64,000 nucleotides of DNA from Octopus vulgaris (GCA_951406725.2 OX597817.1:14322001-14386000), one strand, 5' to 3'. Positions 41,055-55,638 are shown, numbered from the stretch's first letter. Numbers and translations: made by a program. Notes: a model not told the origin generated them from the letters alone.

Positions 41055-42294
41055 ATAAAGAATTCGTGTTGTTTATGAATATGAGTTCCGTTGTGGAACC
41101 AATGCATCTCAGACAGCTCGAAACATCAATGGAGTGTTTGGTGAAGATGTGGCGAATGAGCGCACTGTGCATCGATGGTTTGCGAAGTTCCGGTCTGGTG
41201 ACTTCATTCTTGAAAATCAGCCCCGTGGTAGACCTGAAACCAAGGTGGAGAAGGATGAGCTGAAAACTGTAGTGGAAGTAGATACATCTCAAACTACGCG
41301 TGAGTTAGCAGCAAGGTTTGATGTTTCGATTCCAACTGTATTGGACCATCTGAAACAAATTGGCAAGTTAAAGAAGCTGGACAAGTGGGTACCACATGAA
41401 CTGAACCAGCATCAAATGACACGTCGTCTTGAAACTTGCTGTTCTTTGCTGCCACGGCATAAAAGTGAACCAATTTTGCATCGCATTGTTGCGTGTCATG
41501 AAAAATGGATTCTTTTCAACAATAGCGAACGTTCTGCGCGTTGGTTGGATAGAGATGAAGTGCCAAAACACAATAAAAAAAGAGTATTCACCAAAATAGC
41601 TAATGATGTCCAGCGCCAATGTCATTCACTACAGCAGTGGTTTTCAACCAGGGTTCCGCGGAACCTTTGAGTTCCGCCAGTACAGTGCAGGGGTTCCGCA
41701 AGAAGTTACAAAACTGCTAAAATCGGCAGTAATTTTTAAGTCTCCTGTGCAGATATGTTTGCATAAGACTATTAAATTATTGCATAGGGGTTCCTCGAGC
41801 CAGTGGAATGTTTCCTTGGGGTTCCGCTCCAGCAAAAAGTTTGAAAAGCACTGCACTACAGCTTCATGAGACCTGGCACACACCAACCAATTGGATGAAA
41901 TGATGAGTGAACTTACAATTAAACAATAGAAACAGACCAATTCTCTTGCAAGACAATGTTCGACCATATGTTGCACAAAGAACATTACTCAAGTTACAGG
42001 AACTGAACTTGGAAGTACTTTGTCATCCATCAATTTCACCAGACCTTGCACCAACTGACAATTACATTTTCCCGGCATTAGACAACTTTTTGCAAGGAAA
42101 AAACTTCAAATCTAAAGAAGATGCAAAAACAGCCTTTCGTGATTTCATCACCTCTTGCCCTCCAGAATTCTTCGCTACCGGCATAAATAAGCTACCGATA
42201 AAATGGCAGAATTGTGTTAATAATTTAGGTGAATACTTTGATTAACTGCATTACATTTTGTTGAGATAAAGTAAAATAAACTTTCAATTTTCAC

Positions 42295-42298
<4 letters not shown>
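41055..42298 (+). pseudogene. Mariner transposase (SETMAR/Hsmar1-like), disrupted
   Basis: RIRVVYEYEFRCG..ANERTVHRWFAKFRSGD..PRGRP, WVPHEL, HEKWI, LLQDNVRPY, HPSISPDLAPTDNYIF, GINKLPIKWQNCV..GEYFD. Confidence 0.92.
41635..41853. mobile_element. hAT-Charlie-type MITE inserted in the mariner gene
   Basis: CAGTGGTTTTCAA...TTGAAAAGCACTG TIRs; exact 8-bp TSD CACTACAG at 41627-41634 and 41854-41861. Confidence 0.9.
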
Positions 42299-42339
<41 letters not shown>

Positions 42340-42504
42340 GTAAATGTAATATGTAACAATTATTCGGCAGCCATGATAAAACTCGGAGTTTTATCATGGC
42401 CAAATAATTGTCACATCATTTACAGATAAATTCCTCTATTTACATAATATCGAGGTCTCATTCATTCTTTTGTTGTCTTACCATTTCTATCAATATATAT
42501 ACAT

Positions 42505-42566
<62 letters not shown>

Positions 42567-42720
42567 CGGTTATAAAATGAGATAGGGGTTGAAAATTCAA
42601 CCCACCATAGGATAACATATATCCAATATACTGCTAGAGAGGTACCCATCAAGCGGACAGAATAATCAGACTCATAGATATGTAGATGTCCGATTGATGT
42701 ACTTGGTACAGACATAATTG

Positions 42721-42757
<37 letters not shown>

Positions 42758-43104
42758 CATTATTAATATTAATAGTAATTTTTATTGACTTTTATAGGTT
42801 TATAATTTTATGAACTGAACTGTGTGTTTTATTATTTTTTATGTATAGGTCTGATTTAAATTTAAATGTGAGTGTGCATATATTTTCCTGTAGGTTAGTT
42901 TTTGGAACTAGTAGCCCAATATGTAGAATAACTGTGTTTGTTAATATATATTGATATATTTTGTTTTGTTTATTTTGTATTATTGTATTAATGAGTATAT
43001 ATATATGTGTAGTATTATGAGTGTCTATGCACACGTTTTTATATTTTATATTTTTATATTTATATGTATAAAAAAATTTTTTTCGCACTTATAATAAATT
43101 AAAT

Positions 43105-43216
43105 TCTCTGAAGAGGCCGTGGGGCATCCTTGCTAATGTCTCATTTATACCTGCCTTATATGGCTTATAGGTTAAATGAGGCATGCTTGCCCTTACGGCC
43201 GAAACAGCTGTCCAGA
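43105..43216 (+). ncRNA. Hammerhead ribozyme motif with a long (86 nt) stem II
   Basis: UCU-CUGAAGA-GGCCGUGGGGCA..AUGUCUCAUUUA..UAAAUGAGGCAU..UGCCCUUACGGCC-GAAAC-AGCU-GUC-C-AGA, within an insert (~42565-43403) between (TA)n tracts. Confidence 0.75.
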
Positions 43217-43402
43217 TATGATATAATTATATATTATATTTTATATTTTATATTTCTATTTCCTTGTCTAATTATATTTACAATATATTTTGTATAATGC
43301 CTTTACTGTTATGTAATGGTGTAACAAATTATTGATTGGGTATCATCTGATGGTTGATGTTTGATTGATTTAAGTATGTTTCTCCATTTTCTAATTTTGT
43401 AG

Positions 43403-43459
<57 letters not shown>

Positions 43460-43696
43460 GCTTATTTCAGTCATTAAGCTGCAGTCAAGCTGAATGAAGT
43501 ACCGCAGTAAATGGTTTTCTGAGTCGAATGAATCAACCCAGTACTTAAATTTTATATTTTCCAACCTTGGTTTTTTTTTTCTATCCGTCTTTTTATCAAA
43601 ACGCATTCTGCTGTGGAAATCACTCTCTAAATTGTTTTATGGCCGTTGTTGTTGCTATGTGTTGCTCAGCACAAATTATTTCTGATTGAGGAGAGT

Positions 43697-44030
43697 AAAG
43701 ACCACCTTCGGTCATGAATGACTATGGGATTGCACCTAGAAAGTTCCCCTACGAGGTACAAGTCTGAGCAAGGTTGTATATGGAAGACTAACAGTCACCC
43801 ATGCATACCAGCCTCCATTCTCCATGCCACGGATGTTATCCAAGGGAAAGGCAAAGGCCAATACATCTTGGCACCTTTGATGTCGCAATTTATTTCTTCA
43901 GCTGAGTGAAACTGGAGCAATGTGAAATAAAGTGCCTTGCTCAAGAACATGACACACAGCTCGGTCCGGGAATCGAACTCACTACTTCGTGATTGTGAGC
44001 CCGACGCTCTAACCACTGAGCCATGCCTTC
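43697..44030 (-). mobile_element. tRNA-headed SINE related to family C but with a different tail
   Basis: GGCATGGCTCAGTGGTTAGAGCG..GAGTTCGATTCCC followed by TGTTCTTGAGCAAGGCACTTTATTTCAC. Confidence 0.8.
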
Positions 44031-44789
44031 GAGAGGACTCAACATCAAATACATTCCAGTCAGCCATCCTACCATTTTTTCATAGAAATTGTGTATCTTG
44101 GATTATATTTTTTAATGTGTCCTTTTAATGCAGAGAATGTAACTGAATGGAGATTTGGCTGTTATTTCTAACAATTCGAACGAACGGGAGACTCCTTCGC
44201 TGGTTCGTCAAAGACTGAACTGATCTCCTTAGTATATCTACCTTTTGAAGAACAAAATTAACTAAATAAGATATCAATGCTTTACTGTGTTACAGAACAA
44301 ATCTATAGAAAGTTTTGTACATTCAGTTAAGTTTAACCACAAGTGTTATATTGGCTGAAATCTGCATATCTATTCTCTAGTACAATACTGTAACAAAACC
44401 GAACACTGCTCAGACGCCAGTAACTTACATGAAATCTATTGTTTCTGCTAATTCATTGCTATTCTTTAGATTAAAAAATAGTCTACCTATGTTAACACAA
44501 ACAACCTTAGCTATGAATCACTGAACCAATCTCCTAAGACCTTTGCATGTTATTGTTACGTAAAACTTTCGTGTAAATCATAGTGTCAAACCATCGATCA
44601 AAATTCAGTAAGATTTATTGCTCACGATTTAGTCGTAGCTTCTAATAATTGCAAAATTATTCCGAAGAGAATATTAACAAAAACACCATTGCCAACGTTT
44701 ATTATTAAGCAATAATGATTTTCTTTTTTTTTTTTTTTTTTCTAAACATTGGTTTCTAATTTTGGCACAGAGCCCGCAATTTCGGCGGA

Positions 44790-45205
44790 GAGGTAAGTCG
44801 ACATCGACCCCGGTATTCAACTGGTAAAGCGGCGAGCTGGCAGAAACGTTAGCACGCCGGGCGAAATGCGTAGCCGTATTTCGTCTGCCGTTACGTTCTG
44901 AGTTCAAATTCCGCCGAGGTCGACTTTGCCTTTCATCCTTTCGGGGTCGATAAATTAAGTACCAGTTACGCACTGGGGTCGATATAATCAACTTAATACC
45001 TATGTCTGTCCTTGTTTGTCCCCTCTATGTTTAGCCCCTTGTGGGTAATAAAGAAATAGGTATTCAACTGGTACTTCTTTTATCGACCCCGAGAAAGTGA
45101 AAGACAAAATCGACCTGGTGGAATTTGAACACAGAATTTCCAGACGAACGAAATGCCGCTAAACATTTTGTCCGGCAAGTTAATGGTTCTGCCAGCTCAC
45201 CACCT
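44790..45205. mobile_element. SINE-A (+, 44828-45058) nested in an older minus-strand SINE-A
   Basis: GGTATTCAACTGGTA is duplicated around the inner copy. Confidence 0.85.
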
Positions 45206-45483
45206 TTCTTTTCATTTCTTTTTTTTTTAAATATTAAATAGATGATAGTTTTTTTAGCGTTTTATTAGTTTCATATTGAAATTTTCTCTGCTGACAAATT
45301 CTGCAGAGTTTCATCTTAGGAATTTCCCCCCCAAATACTTTAGTAACTCAACGTTTCGATTTACAAAATTTTTCGGTGATCTTCAGGTGTTATCTGTTGT
45401 TAAGGAAGAGAAAAATAGACGACTAAGTAATTTTTCTTTTAGCTCAACCAATATGGTCAAACAATATGTACAATATGTACATA

Positions 45484-45648
45484 GGCGCAGGAGTGGATGT
45501 GTGGTAAGTAGCTTGCTTACCAACCACATGGTTCCGGGTTCAGTCCCACTGCGTGGCATCTTGGGCAAGTGTCTTCTGCTATAGCCCCGGGCTGACTAAT
45601 GCCTTGTGAGTGGATTTGGTAGACGGAAACTGAAAGAGGCCTGTCGTA

Positions 45649-45681
<33 letters not shown>

Positions 45682-45905
45682 GCGTGTATATGTTTGTGTG
45701 TCTGTGTTTGTCCCCCTAGCATTGCTTGACAACCGATGCTGCTGTGTTTACGTCCCCGTCACTTAACGGTTCGGCAAAAGAGACCGATAGAATAAGTACT
45801 GGGCTTACAAAAGAATAAGTCCCGGGGTCGATTTGCTCGACTAAAGGCGGTGCTCCAGCATGGCCGCAGTCAAATGACTGAAACAAGTAAAAGAGTAAAA
45901 GAGTA
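45484..45905 (+). mobile_element. SINE-B copy
   Basis: Full-length family B. Confidence 0.9.
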
Positions 45906-46129
45906 ATACATAATATAATCGAAAGACAATCACTGGTTTTACCGATCTGAATGTAAGATTATTAAAAAACGTAAAAGACATTCTAGGCATTTTACAGAAC
46001 TGGTTTACCATTGTCTGCATCTGGAGTTAAATCCATCTTGCACCAATTATTAAACTTGTTCTTATTCAACGAAGTTCATCTGTTTCCAACAAACGCTTTA
46101 TAGTACTCAAGGAGGTATAAAAGACATTG

Positions 46130-46537
46130 AAGGCGGCGAGCTGGCAGAAACGTTAGCACGCCGGGCGAAATGCGTAGCCGTATTTCGTCTGCCGTTACGT
46201 TCTGAGTTCACATTCCGCCGAGGTCGACTTTGCCTTTCATCCTTTCGGGGTCGATAAATTAAGTACCAGTTACGCACTGGGGTCGATGTAATCGACTTAA
46301 TCTGTTTGTTTGTCCTCTCTGTGTTTAACCCCTTGTGGGTAGTAAAGAAATAGGTATTTCGTCTGCCGCTACGTTCTGAGTTCAAATTCCGCCGAGGTCG
46401 ACTTTGCCTTTCATCCTTTCGGGGTCGATTAAATTAGTACCAGTTACGCACTGGGGTCGATATAATCGACTTAATCCGTTTGTCTGTCCTTGTTTGTCAT
46501 TTCTGTGTTTAGCCCTTTTGTGGATAGTAAAGAAATA
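46130..46537 (+). mobile_element. SINE-A dimer inside one TSD
   Basis: AGGTATAAAAGACATT at 46113-46128 and 46537-46552; junction AAGAAATAG|GTATTTCGTCTG at ~46352. Confidence 0.9.
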
Positions 46538-47010
46538 GGTATAAAAGACATTACGTGCATCCACACACCTACACACATGCGCGCATACACACATGCAATT
46601 ACCCATACATACACACGGTTACCAGCATATATATGAACAACACAACAACATAGATAAGAACAACTATATCAAACACTGTGCTTGACTTACCAAATTTATC
46701 TCCGTCTCAAGAAGGTGTGTTACAATTACCAAATGGCAGTCGAAACCAGTTTCATATGAGACGGTGGGATAATCTCTAGAACCAAGAATTTCTCTACATT
46801 TTACACGCCATTAGGAAAAAAAAGATGTTGTAATTGTCTAAAGAGTAGCGGACAGATGCGGTACGTATTTCTACCTCAATAGACGTCATTGAGTCGACAA
46901 TTTCCCAACCTATCTCCAGCAGCCGAGGGACACAGACATATAGAAAAAAATAGAACTCATTCATGGCCTAGATAATTTGCATAATTTAAACAAAAAAATG
47001 AGTTGATATA

Positions 47011-47078
<68 letters not shown>

Positions 47079-47168
47079 TGTGTGTATATGTGTGTGTATA
47101 CACATATATATATATACTTATTTATGTGTGTATATACACACACATATATATATATCTATATACTTATT

Positions 47169-47203
<35 letters not shown>

Positions 47204-47296
47204 TAATGTACACTACGTTAAAAATAACTGAACTTTACACACACGCACACATATATATATACATCTTTTTACATATATATGTATATACAAACATAC

Positions 47297-47339
<43 letters not shown>

Positions 47340-47356
47340 TATACATATATATATGG

Positions 47357-47439
<83 letters not shown>

Positions 47440-47783
47440 TGTATGTATGTACGTACGTATGTATGTTTGTGTATGTATGTAAGTTTGTGTGTGTGTATGT
47501 ATGTATATATAGTGTATAAACTTGAGTTATTTAAATTCAGTCTACATTAACATTTATTTTAATGCATTTACTGTGAGCTGCGTTTTTTTGTTTGCGTCTT
47601 GTTTTTTTTTTTTTTTTTTTTTTTTTTTCTTTAATTAATTTAGTGCGATGAATGTAACATTAAATTTATGCCGCTCTAAACTCTGCTTTATAGAACCCTT
47701 TGGCAAATTGTGATAAAATTTTATTCCTGTTGTGTATGTATATGCACATATACATACATGCACTCACGCACACACACCCATAT

Positions 47784-47980
<197 letters not shown>

Positions 47981-48226
47981 ACGTAGTTTATTTAGTTTCT
48001 TGTGTATTAAAAACAGAAATGTCAGCACTTTTTGTATTTCTTTCGAGTTTTCTGTTTTGTGTTTTTCTTTTTTCTTTTTTCTTTTTTTTTCTATACTTTT
48101 TGTTGTCATGAACACGTGACACTCATTAATCTGCAATTTCTTTTTAACTTTCCTTCCACAGTCTGCATCGATTCTTCTGCGTTTATCGCTCGCCATCTTT
48201 CTCACCGTCCACTTTTATGCTCTCTG

Positions 48227-48274
<48 letters not shown>

Positions 48275-48292
48275 CCTATCTATCTATCAATC

Positions 48293-48344
<52 letters not shown>

Positions 48345-48429
48345 CCTCTCTATCTATCTATCTATCTATCTATCTATCAATCTCTATCTATCTATCTATC
48401 TATCTATCAATCTCTATCTATCTATCTAA

Positions 48430-48466
<37 letters not shown>

Positions 48467-49007
48467 AATCTCTATCTATCCATCCATCCATCTATCTATC
48501 TGTCTATCTATCTATCATTCTACCTATTTCTATCTATCTCATTTTTCTTCCTCACCTCATTTACGAGTATCATTTTCGCTCTCTTTTCTACGAAAACCTC
48601 CACCTATCAATTCGTCTAGAATTGCATACGAAATGATTTGAAGGGCCAATAATAAGTGAATTAATGAGGGCTGATATGTTGAAAGGAAAATTTCTGATAC
48701 CCAGAATATCTAATCTAATAGGAACCAGTGTAATTAGGGGCGGTGAATTCCTTTCACTGATACTCGTTCGCTTCTAACATCATAAAGTGAGCAAGGAAAT
48801 TATCCCCCATCACCACCACTACCGCTACCACCACTACCACCACCACCACCACACCCAACCTGTTTACTATGCTTATCTGAATCGATCTGTGAGATTTCGT
48901 CAACACCCGCAGATTTATAAAATACTTTGATCACCTTTAAGCAAATGAGGGTTCGCATCTGTCAACATTACTATCTAATTTGTGTGTTTTTATGTTGTTG
49001 TAGCTAG

Positions 49008-49428
49008 CTGTCGTGGTCGTCGTCATCGTCGCTGTCATAGTCGCCGTCGTAGTCGCTGTCGTAGTCGTCGTAGTCGTAGTCGTCGTCGTCGTCATAGTCG
49101 CCGTCGTAGTCGCTGTCGTAGTCGCTGTCGTAGTCGCTGTCGTAGTCGCCGTCGTAGTCGCTGTCGTAGTCGTAGTCGCTGTCGTAGTCGCTGTCGTAGT
49201 CGCTGTCGTAGTCGCTGTCGCAGTCGTAGTCGCTGTCGTAGTCGCTGTCTTAGTCGCTGTCGTAGTCGCCGTTGCCGTCGTAGTCGCCGGCGCTGTCGTC
49301 GTCATAGTCGCCGTCGCTGTCGTAGTCGTAGTCGCTGTCGTAGTCGTAGTCGCTGTCGTAGTCGCCGTCGCTGTCGTAGTCGCCGGCGCTGTCGTCGTCG
49401 TCGTCGTCGTCTTCATCGTCGTTGTTGT
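49008..49428. repeat. CpG-rich triplet-based minisatellite (GTCGTAGTCGCT)n
   Basis: Read directly; it is the source of the poly-T/V/R ORF artefacts. Confidence 0.93.
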
Positions 49429-49429
49429 T

Positions 49430-51505
49430 AGTAGGGCGGTGGATTGGCGGGACCCTTAGCGCGTCGGTTAAAATGCTTTGTTCTGGCCCTTTACGTTCAA
49501 GGTTCAAATCCCACCGAGGTAAAGTTTGCCTGTTACCGACCCCGAAAGGGTCGATAAAATAAAGCTCAAGTCAAACACTAGAGTCAAACGGATTAAGTCG
49601 ATTATATCGACCTCAGTGCGTAACTGGTACTTATTTAATCGACCCCGAAAGGATGGAAGGCAAATTCGACCTCGGCGGCATTTGAACTCAGAACGTCGAT
49701 TAACCATCTACCCCCAACCCCGAACCGTCAAAAATTGCTGGCTTTGTGCCTAAATCAGAAATTAAAGGCATCGAGCAGGCAGAAGCATTAGAACATAGGA
49801 AGGCGGTGAGCTGGCAGAAACGTTAGCACGCCGGGCGAAATGCTTAGCTGTATTTCGTCTGCCGTTACGTTCTGAGTTCAAATTCCGCCGAGGTCGACTG
49901 TGCCTTTCATCCTTTCGGAGTCGATTAAATAAGTACCAGTTACGCACTGGAGTCGATGTAATCGACTTAATCCCTTTGTCTGTCCTTGTTTGTCCCCTCT
50001 ATGTTTAGCCCCTTGTGGGCAATAAAGAAATAAGAAGCATTAGAACATCGGGAAAAAATACTCTGATGCATTTGTTCCATCTCTTTATGTCTGGAGTTCA
50101 AGTCCTGTTGAGCTCAACTTGCGCTTTCATCACTCCAGGAATGGTGTAATGAAGTACCAGTCAAATACTGAGGTCGGTGGTACGACTGAGCCCCTACCCT
50201 CAAAATTGCTGCCTTGTATCTAAAGAAAAAACTGTTAATTCAAATGCTGCCAACATCAACTTTGCCTTTCATCTTTCGGCATCTATAGAAGAAAGAACCA
50301 GTCAAATACTTGGATCAATAGTATCGATTAATCCTTTTCCCTCAAAATTGCTGGCCTTGTGCCTAAATCAGAAACCAAAAGCGGCGAATCGACATGACTG
50401 TTAGAGCGTCGGAAAAAAATGATTAGCAACATTTCGTCCGTTTTTACGTTCTGGGTTCAAATTCCGCCGAATTCGATTTTGTCTTTCATCCTTTCAAAGT
50501 CGATAAAATAAGTACCAGTTGAGTACTGGGGTCGATATAATCAACTTTCCCCTTCCCCAACATTTCAGGCCTTGTTCCTATAGTAGAAAGGATGTTTTTT
50601 TTTATGCGAGCGGATAAATGCGGTATTTTTTAGCGGTTACTGTTCTGACGCTTTAACTTCTGTCAAATCCCGTCGCGGCCAACTTTACCTTTCAGCCTTC
50701 CGGAGTCGATAAAATATAGTACCATTCAAATACTGGATTCCATATAATTGACTACTGTCCTTCCGAAAATTTTCTATTTTCCAGTTTATCTTGGAGGTTA
50801 TTAAGAATAACCGGTAAGTAAAATCATTATAGCATCGGACTTACCGTGTAAGTCTCGCTGTTTGTGATCTGAATTAAAATCCCACAGAGGTTAACTTTGG
50901 TTTTCATTCTACATGGATCGATAAAATTTAAAAAAAACAGTGAAATCGACTGTACCAATTACTCATTCTCAAAATTTAAGGCCTTGAATCTATAAAAGCA
51001 ATCATTATGAAAGGGACTAGAGGTGGTGACTTAGTAGAATCATTGGCGCATAGGACAAAAAGTATTGCGGCATTTACTTACTATCCATTATGTTCAAATC
51101 TCGCCGAAGCGAATTTTGCTTTTCAGTGATCGATAAAATAAGGTACTGTGCTGGCGTCCATATAAGCGACTGAACCAATCTCAATAAAAAATACGTGAGG
51201 TTTTGTCGTAAACATGATTTACGTTGTGGTTGTACTGCTGCTATTTGCAGTTGTTATTTCTGTGTTTAGAGTTGTTAGAAATCCTAATTATCTTTATAAC
51301 TCATGGAAAGAGTGGTAGATGAAAACATCGGTAGAGCGGCAGATAAAAAGCCGTTTTGGTGTTTAGTTATAGGTTTGTCTGTCTTTTCTTTTTAAGTTCA
51401 AAACCCTAACGACGTCAGCTTTGCTTGTTATTCTTCAAGCCAAGTACTGAAATCGATTTAATTGGTTATACACTTCCCTCAACATTTGCCGCCCTATATC
51501 TATGT
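49430..51505 (+). repeat. Array of roughly eight old, co-oriented SINE-A-like units plus one young copy (49802-50031)
   Basis: Recurrent degenerate GTTCAAAT(T/C)CC..ACTTTG.CTTTCA..TCGATAAAAT..GTACCAG..AAAATT..GGCCTTG blocks; the young copy has TSD AGAAGCATTAGAACAT. Confidence 0.7.
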
Positions 51506-52184
51506 TAGAAAATCGTAAAGACAGTCAGTGACAAAACCGATATTTGGTTTCTGCTTTCGTGAGCTAAAATCACAGAAACTGTAAGGATTTGCGCCGCTAC
51601 GAATAAATCAAAAAATAATTCAACTACAATGTGTCGTAAAATATCGAATATTTCCGTTCTTACCAAAGAATCCAAAAGCAAATAAACATTTTGCTGAGCT
51701 CGGATCTTCTTGGACAATATTATCTAATGTATCTCCCCCCCACCCTGCTTAAGACTGTAGTAGTTTATTTGAGGAAGATTTGACTGCTTATTCTAGCAAG
51801 CCTAGAGGCCAGGTAGAGGTTCTCATAATCGCAGTTGACTACTGAAAGTGGGTCACTGATTTGACACGCCCTGAGCTTAGATCTTATTCAACGATGCACG
51901 CCATCTCTGTCGTTAACGTCGAGCTGAAGAGAAGCTCACGCGTAAAGTTTAAGCAAATCTTTCGGACGTTCGTTTGTTTAAACCTATTGACAGATTTATT
52001 TACTGCCACTTCATATTCCTGTTTTGTATTCTCAGAACATTGACTGTGTAATATACACAATAGCTACAATAGTCGCCAGACTGATTGATTCCCTCCGGTA
52101 AGAATGAAATATCCGTAATTCAATTCTCAGTCACCGCGTTCAGCATACATTCTTATTTAGACCTATTAAACAACGATTACATCC

Positions 52185-52219
52185 GTGCACACACGCACGT
52201 ACACACACACACACACACG

Positions 52220-52281
<62 letters not shown>

Positions 52282-52875
52282 CACACAAACACGCACACAC
52301 ACAAACACACACACACACACACACGCACGCACACACACACACACACGCACACACACACAAACACGCACGTAAACACACGCACGTACACACACACACACAC
52401 ACGCACGCACACACACATAAACACGCATACACACACACACATACACACAAGCACACGCACACACACACAAACACACAAACACACACATACACACACACGC
52501 ATACATACACGCACACACACTCAAACACACACACGCACACACACACACGCACCCACGCACTCGCACTCATGCACGCATGCACACGCACAGATACATACAA
52601 ATATATATATACATGCATGCATACATACATATAATGTACACACACACACACACACACGCACACACACACACACACACGCACGCACACACACACACACACA
52701 ACACACACACACACATACACACACGCACACACACACATACACACACACACATACACACATGCACACACACACATACACACATACACTCGCACACATGCAC
52801 GCATGCACACGCACAGATACATACAAATATATATATATATATACATGCTTGCATACATACATATAATGTACACAT

Positions 52876-52906
<31 letters not shown>

Positions 52907-53191
52907 CACACACACATACACTCACGTGCACACACACTCACACACTCACATACACTCACGTGCACACACACTCCCCAGAGTACACAAATATATACGTAGG
53001 CATATTTAGCGCATACATCCAAACGCATACAATCATACACACGCTCACGCATACATGGGAGCGCGTACACACATGCGAACACACACACACACACACACAC
53101 ACAATATTTATTTTCTTCGTATTGGTCAACTCAGCTGACAATGATTCCCTTTGAATAGCAAAAGATATTCGTTTTTGCGTGCGTGTGTGCG

Positions 53192-53240
<49 letters not shown>

Positions 53241-53245
53241 GTGTG
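52185..53245. repeat. Degenerate (CA)n/(TG)n block
   Basis: Read directly. Confidence 0.95.
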
Positions 53246-54219
53246 TCTATATACGTGTTTAACCTCCGGCGGCGAGGCTACTCTGCTGGGCTCCGTAAGT
53301 AGTTGGCTACGCTACGCACATCAGCTACTACGTCATAACTTGCCGGCACGTGATCTGCTAGCCTTGTGACCTCGCCAATCAATATGGAGGCTGACTGTGG
53401 ACAATTAAATGAAGTAAATAAAGAAAGATCGTAGGGTAGGTAGAGCAGGTCAACAAGCCGAATTGTAGTCATATGCAAACAGTACAATTTATCTTAACGG
53501 CTGGAGGGCGATGTTTGTTGTGTTGAGAGAGCGAAATAAAAGACACTTACTTCCAATATTCAGTGTGCGAATTTGATAAATAGTATGGTCGTCAAAATTC
53601 AAGCAACATTTAGCTCGAATTGTAAAGGGTTGTATGAATTGGTAAGATATTTAATGATATTTATAGAACAAAAGATATATCTGGCAGCGCATTTTTCATT
53701 ATTAGACAATACAATTGCCGAGTATTTAAAGATTATCAAATGTACATAGCTTTCAATACTTCATATGAAAAGGAACGGAGTGTTTGTTTATATGTAAACA
53801 CGATGTTGTGTGAGTGTCTGTATGTGTGTGTGGCTTGATGAAAGTGGTCTCAAGCATGTTAATGTACACGATGCACGCACGTCTATACGCACACTCACTC
53901 GCATATGTATATATACTCGCATGCACGAAACAAACGTTTATACATAAAAGATTTGCTTCTGGTGAAATGTTCTATTATTAATAATGATTTCTTAATTAGA
54001 CATGACATACATAAGACAAGTAGAACACACATGACCCATCTTGCCTGCCGTGAGAAACAAACCTTCGAAGCAAGAGTCATATAACTTAAACGCTATGACG
54101 TCAGGTTACTTTTTACAAAAGCATTTGAGAAGTGAAGAACTCTCCCCTGGGAATCGAAAATGTCTTAATGTTTGATCGAGAACAGCTCTACACCACAGCA
54201 ACTTCTACATGCACTACCT

Positions 54220-54280
<61 letters not shown>

Positions 54281-54362
54281 AGGTTTTCCTAACCACACAG
54301 CTGCAAATCATAAGTGTACAATGCGTTTTATGAGAAAATATTTTATTGTACATTTTAAAGGG

Positions 54363-54458
<96 letters not shown>

Positions 54459-55118
54459 AAAGAAAAGAAGTACTTATTTTATCAGCCCCTTTCGTTGAGC
54501 CTCTAAGTTACGGGAACGTAAACACACCAACAGCGGTTGTCAAGAGGTGGTGAGACACACACACACACACACATATATATGTATGTATATGACGGGCTTC
54601 TTTCAGTTTCCGTCTACCAAATCCACTCACAAGGCTTTATTCGGTCTAAGGTTATAGTAGAAGACATTTGTCCAAGGTGCCATGCAGTGGGACTGAACTC
54701 GGAACTATGTGGTTGGGAAGAAAACCTTTTACCACCCAGTCATGCCTATACACACACGTGTCTCTCCCTTACTCTCAATCTTTGTGTGTGTGTGTGTGTG
54801 TTTCTAAATTCTTATTACGTAAGCAACATAGAATTCTTGCTGGTAAGAACGGCTTTTAAACTGGACAGAGAATTTCAAATGATGTTTTGGTCAAAAGGTA
54901 AAACATTGTTGTATTTACAGAAGATGTGGGTGCAATGTTCCAGGGGCAGTCTTAGACTTTTTCTGTCCAAAGAAGTTTTAACTCAAGATTTACACTCTAT
55001 TAATTATAGCTTTATCTATTCGAGTTCAACCGTTAACAACGAATCTCTAATTTTCTGAATTCTCATACACACACACACACACACACATGTATGTATATAT
55101 ATATATATATATATATAT

Positions 55119-55580
55119 CTAATGTAGGATAAAACTTTTTTCGAAAAAAATTATTTTCCAAAAAAAATGTTATCAATGGCCAGCATACTAAAAAATACCT
55201 TTAAAGGTTAAATTTATAAACAATTCATAGATAAGGGCAAACGAAAAAATTTCTAATGCCAAATATGCCGAAAAATTGTCCATTAACCATATAATTTTTT
55301 TCACAATACGCACGCTACTCGAAAAAAGGTGGACAGAAATTTCTAAAAAATTCCATTATTACCATATCGGACCGATTTCAGGGTTAGCTTATCACAGCCC
55401 TCCCTTCATCAGTGATACATGTGGCAAAAGAAATAAATGAGATACTTACTCAAACCCATGGTTTCAAGTAGTGTGCATATTGTGAAAAATTATATGGTTA
55501 ATGGACAATATGTCCAATTTTTCGGCATATTTGGCATTAGAAATTTTTTCGTTTGCCCTCATCTATGAATTGTTTATATA
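55119..55580. mobile_element. Foldback element (~110-bp inverted arms) with a hammerhead in the spacer, between (TA)n tracts; probable Penelope-like pLTR
   Basis: Arms at ~55215-55324 and ~55462-55578 (TATAAACAATTCATAGAT.. / ..ATCTATGAATTGTTTATA). Confidence 0.8.
55364..55418 (-). ncRNA. Hammerhead ribozyme motif with a canonical CUGAUGA core
   Basis: GUAUCA-CUGAUGA-AGGG..CCCU-GAAA-UCG-GUC-CGAUAU. Confidence 0.72.
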
Positions 55581-55584
55581 TATA

Positions 55585-55635
<51 letters not shown>

Positions 55636-55638
<3 letters not shown>

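Noticed and set aside
52565-52880. ~226-bp-period duplication within the CA block (similar local duplications at 6541/7036, 36540/36709 and 57985/58229)
   Set aside because: Best explained as ordinary slippage or local duplication; no further structure seen.
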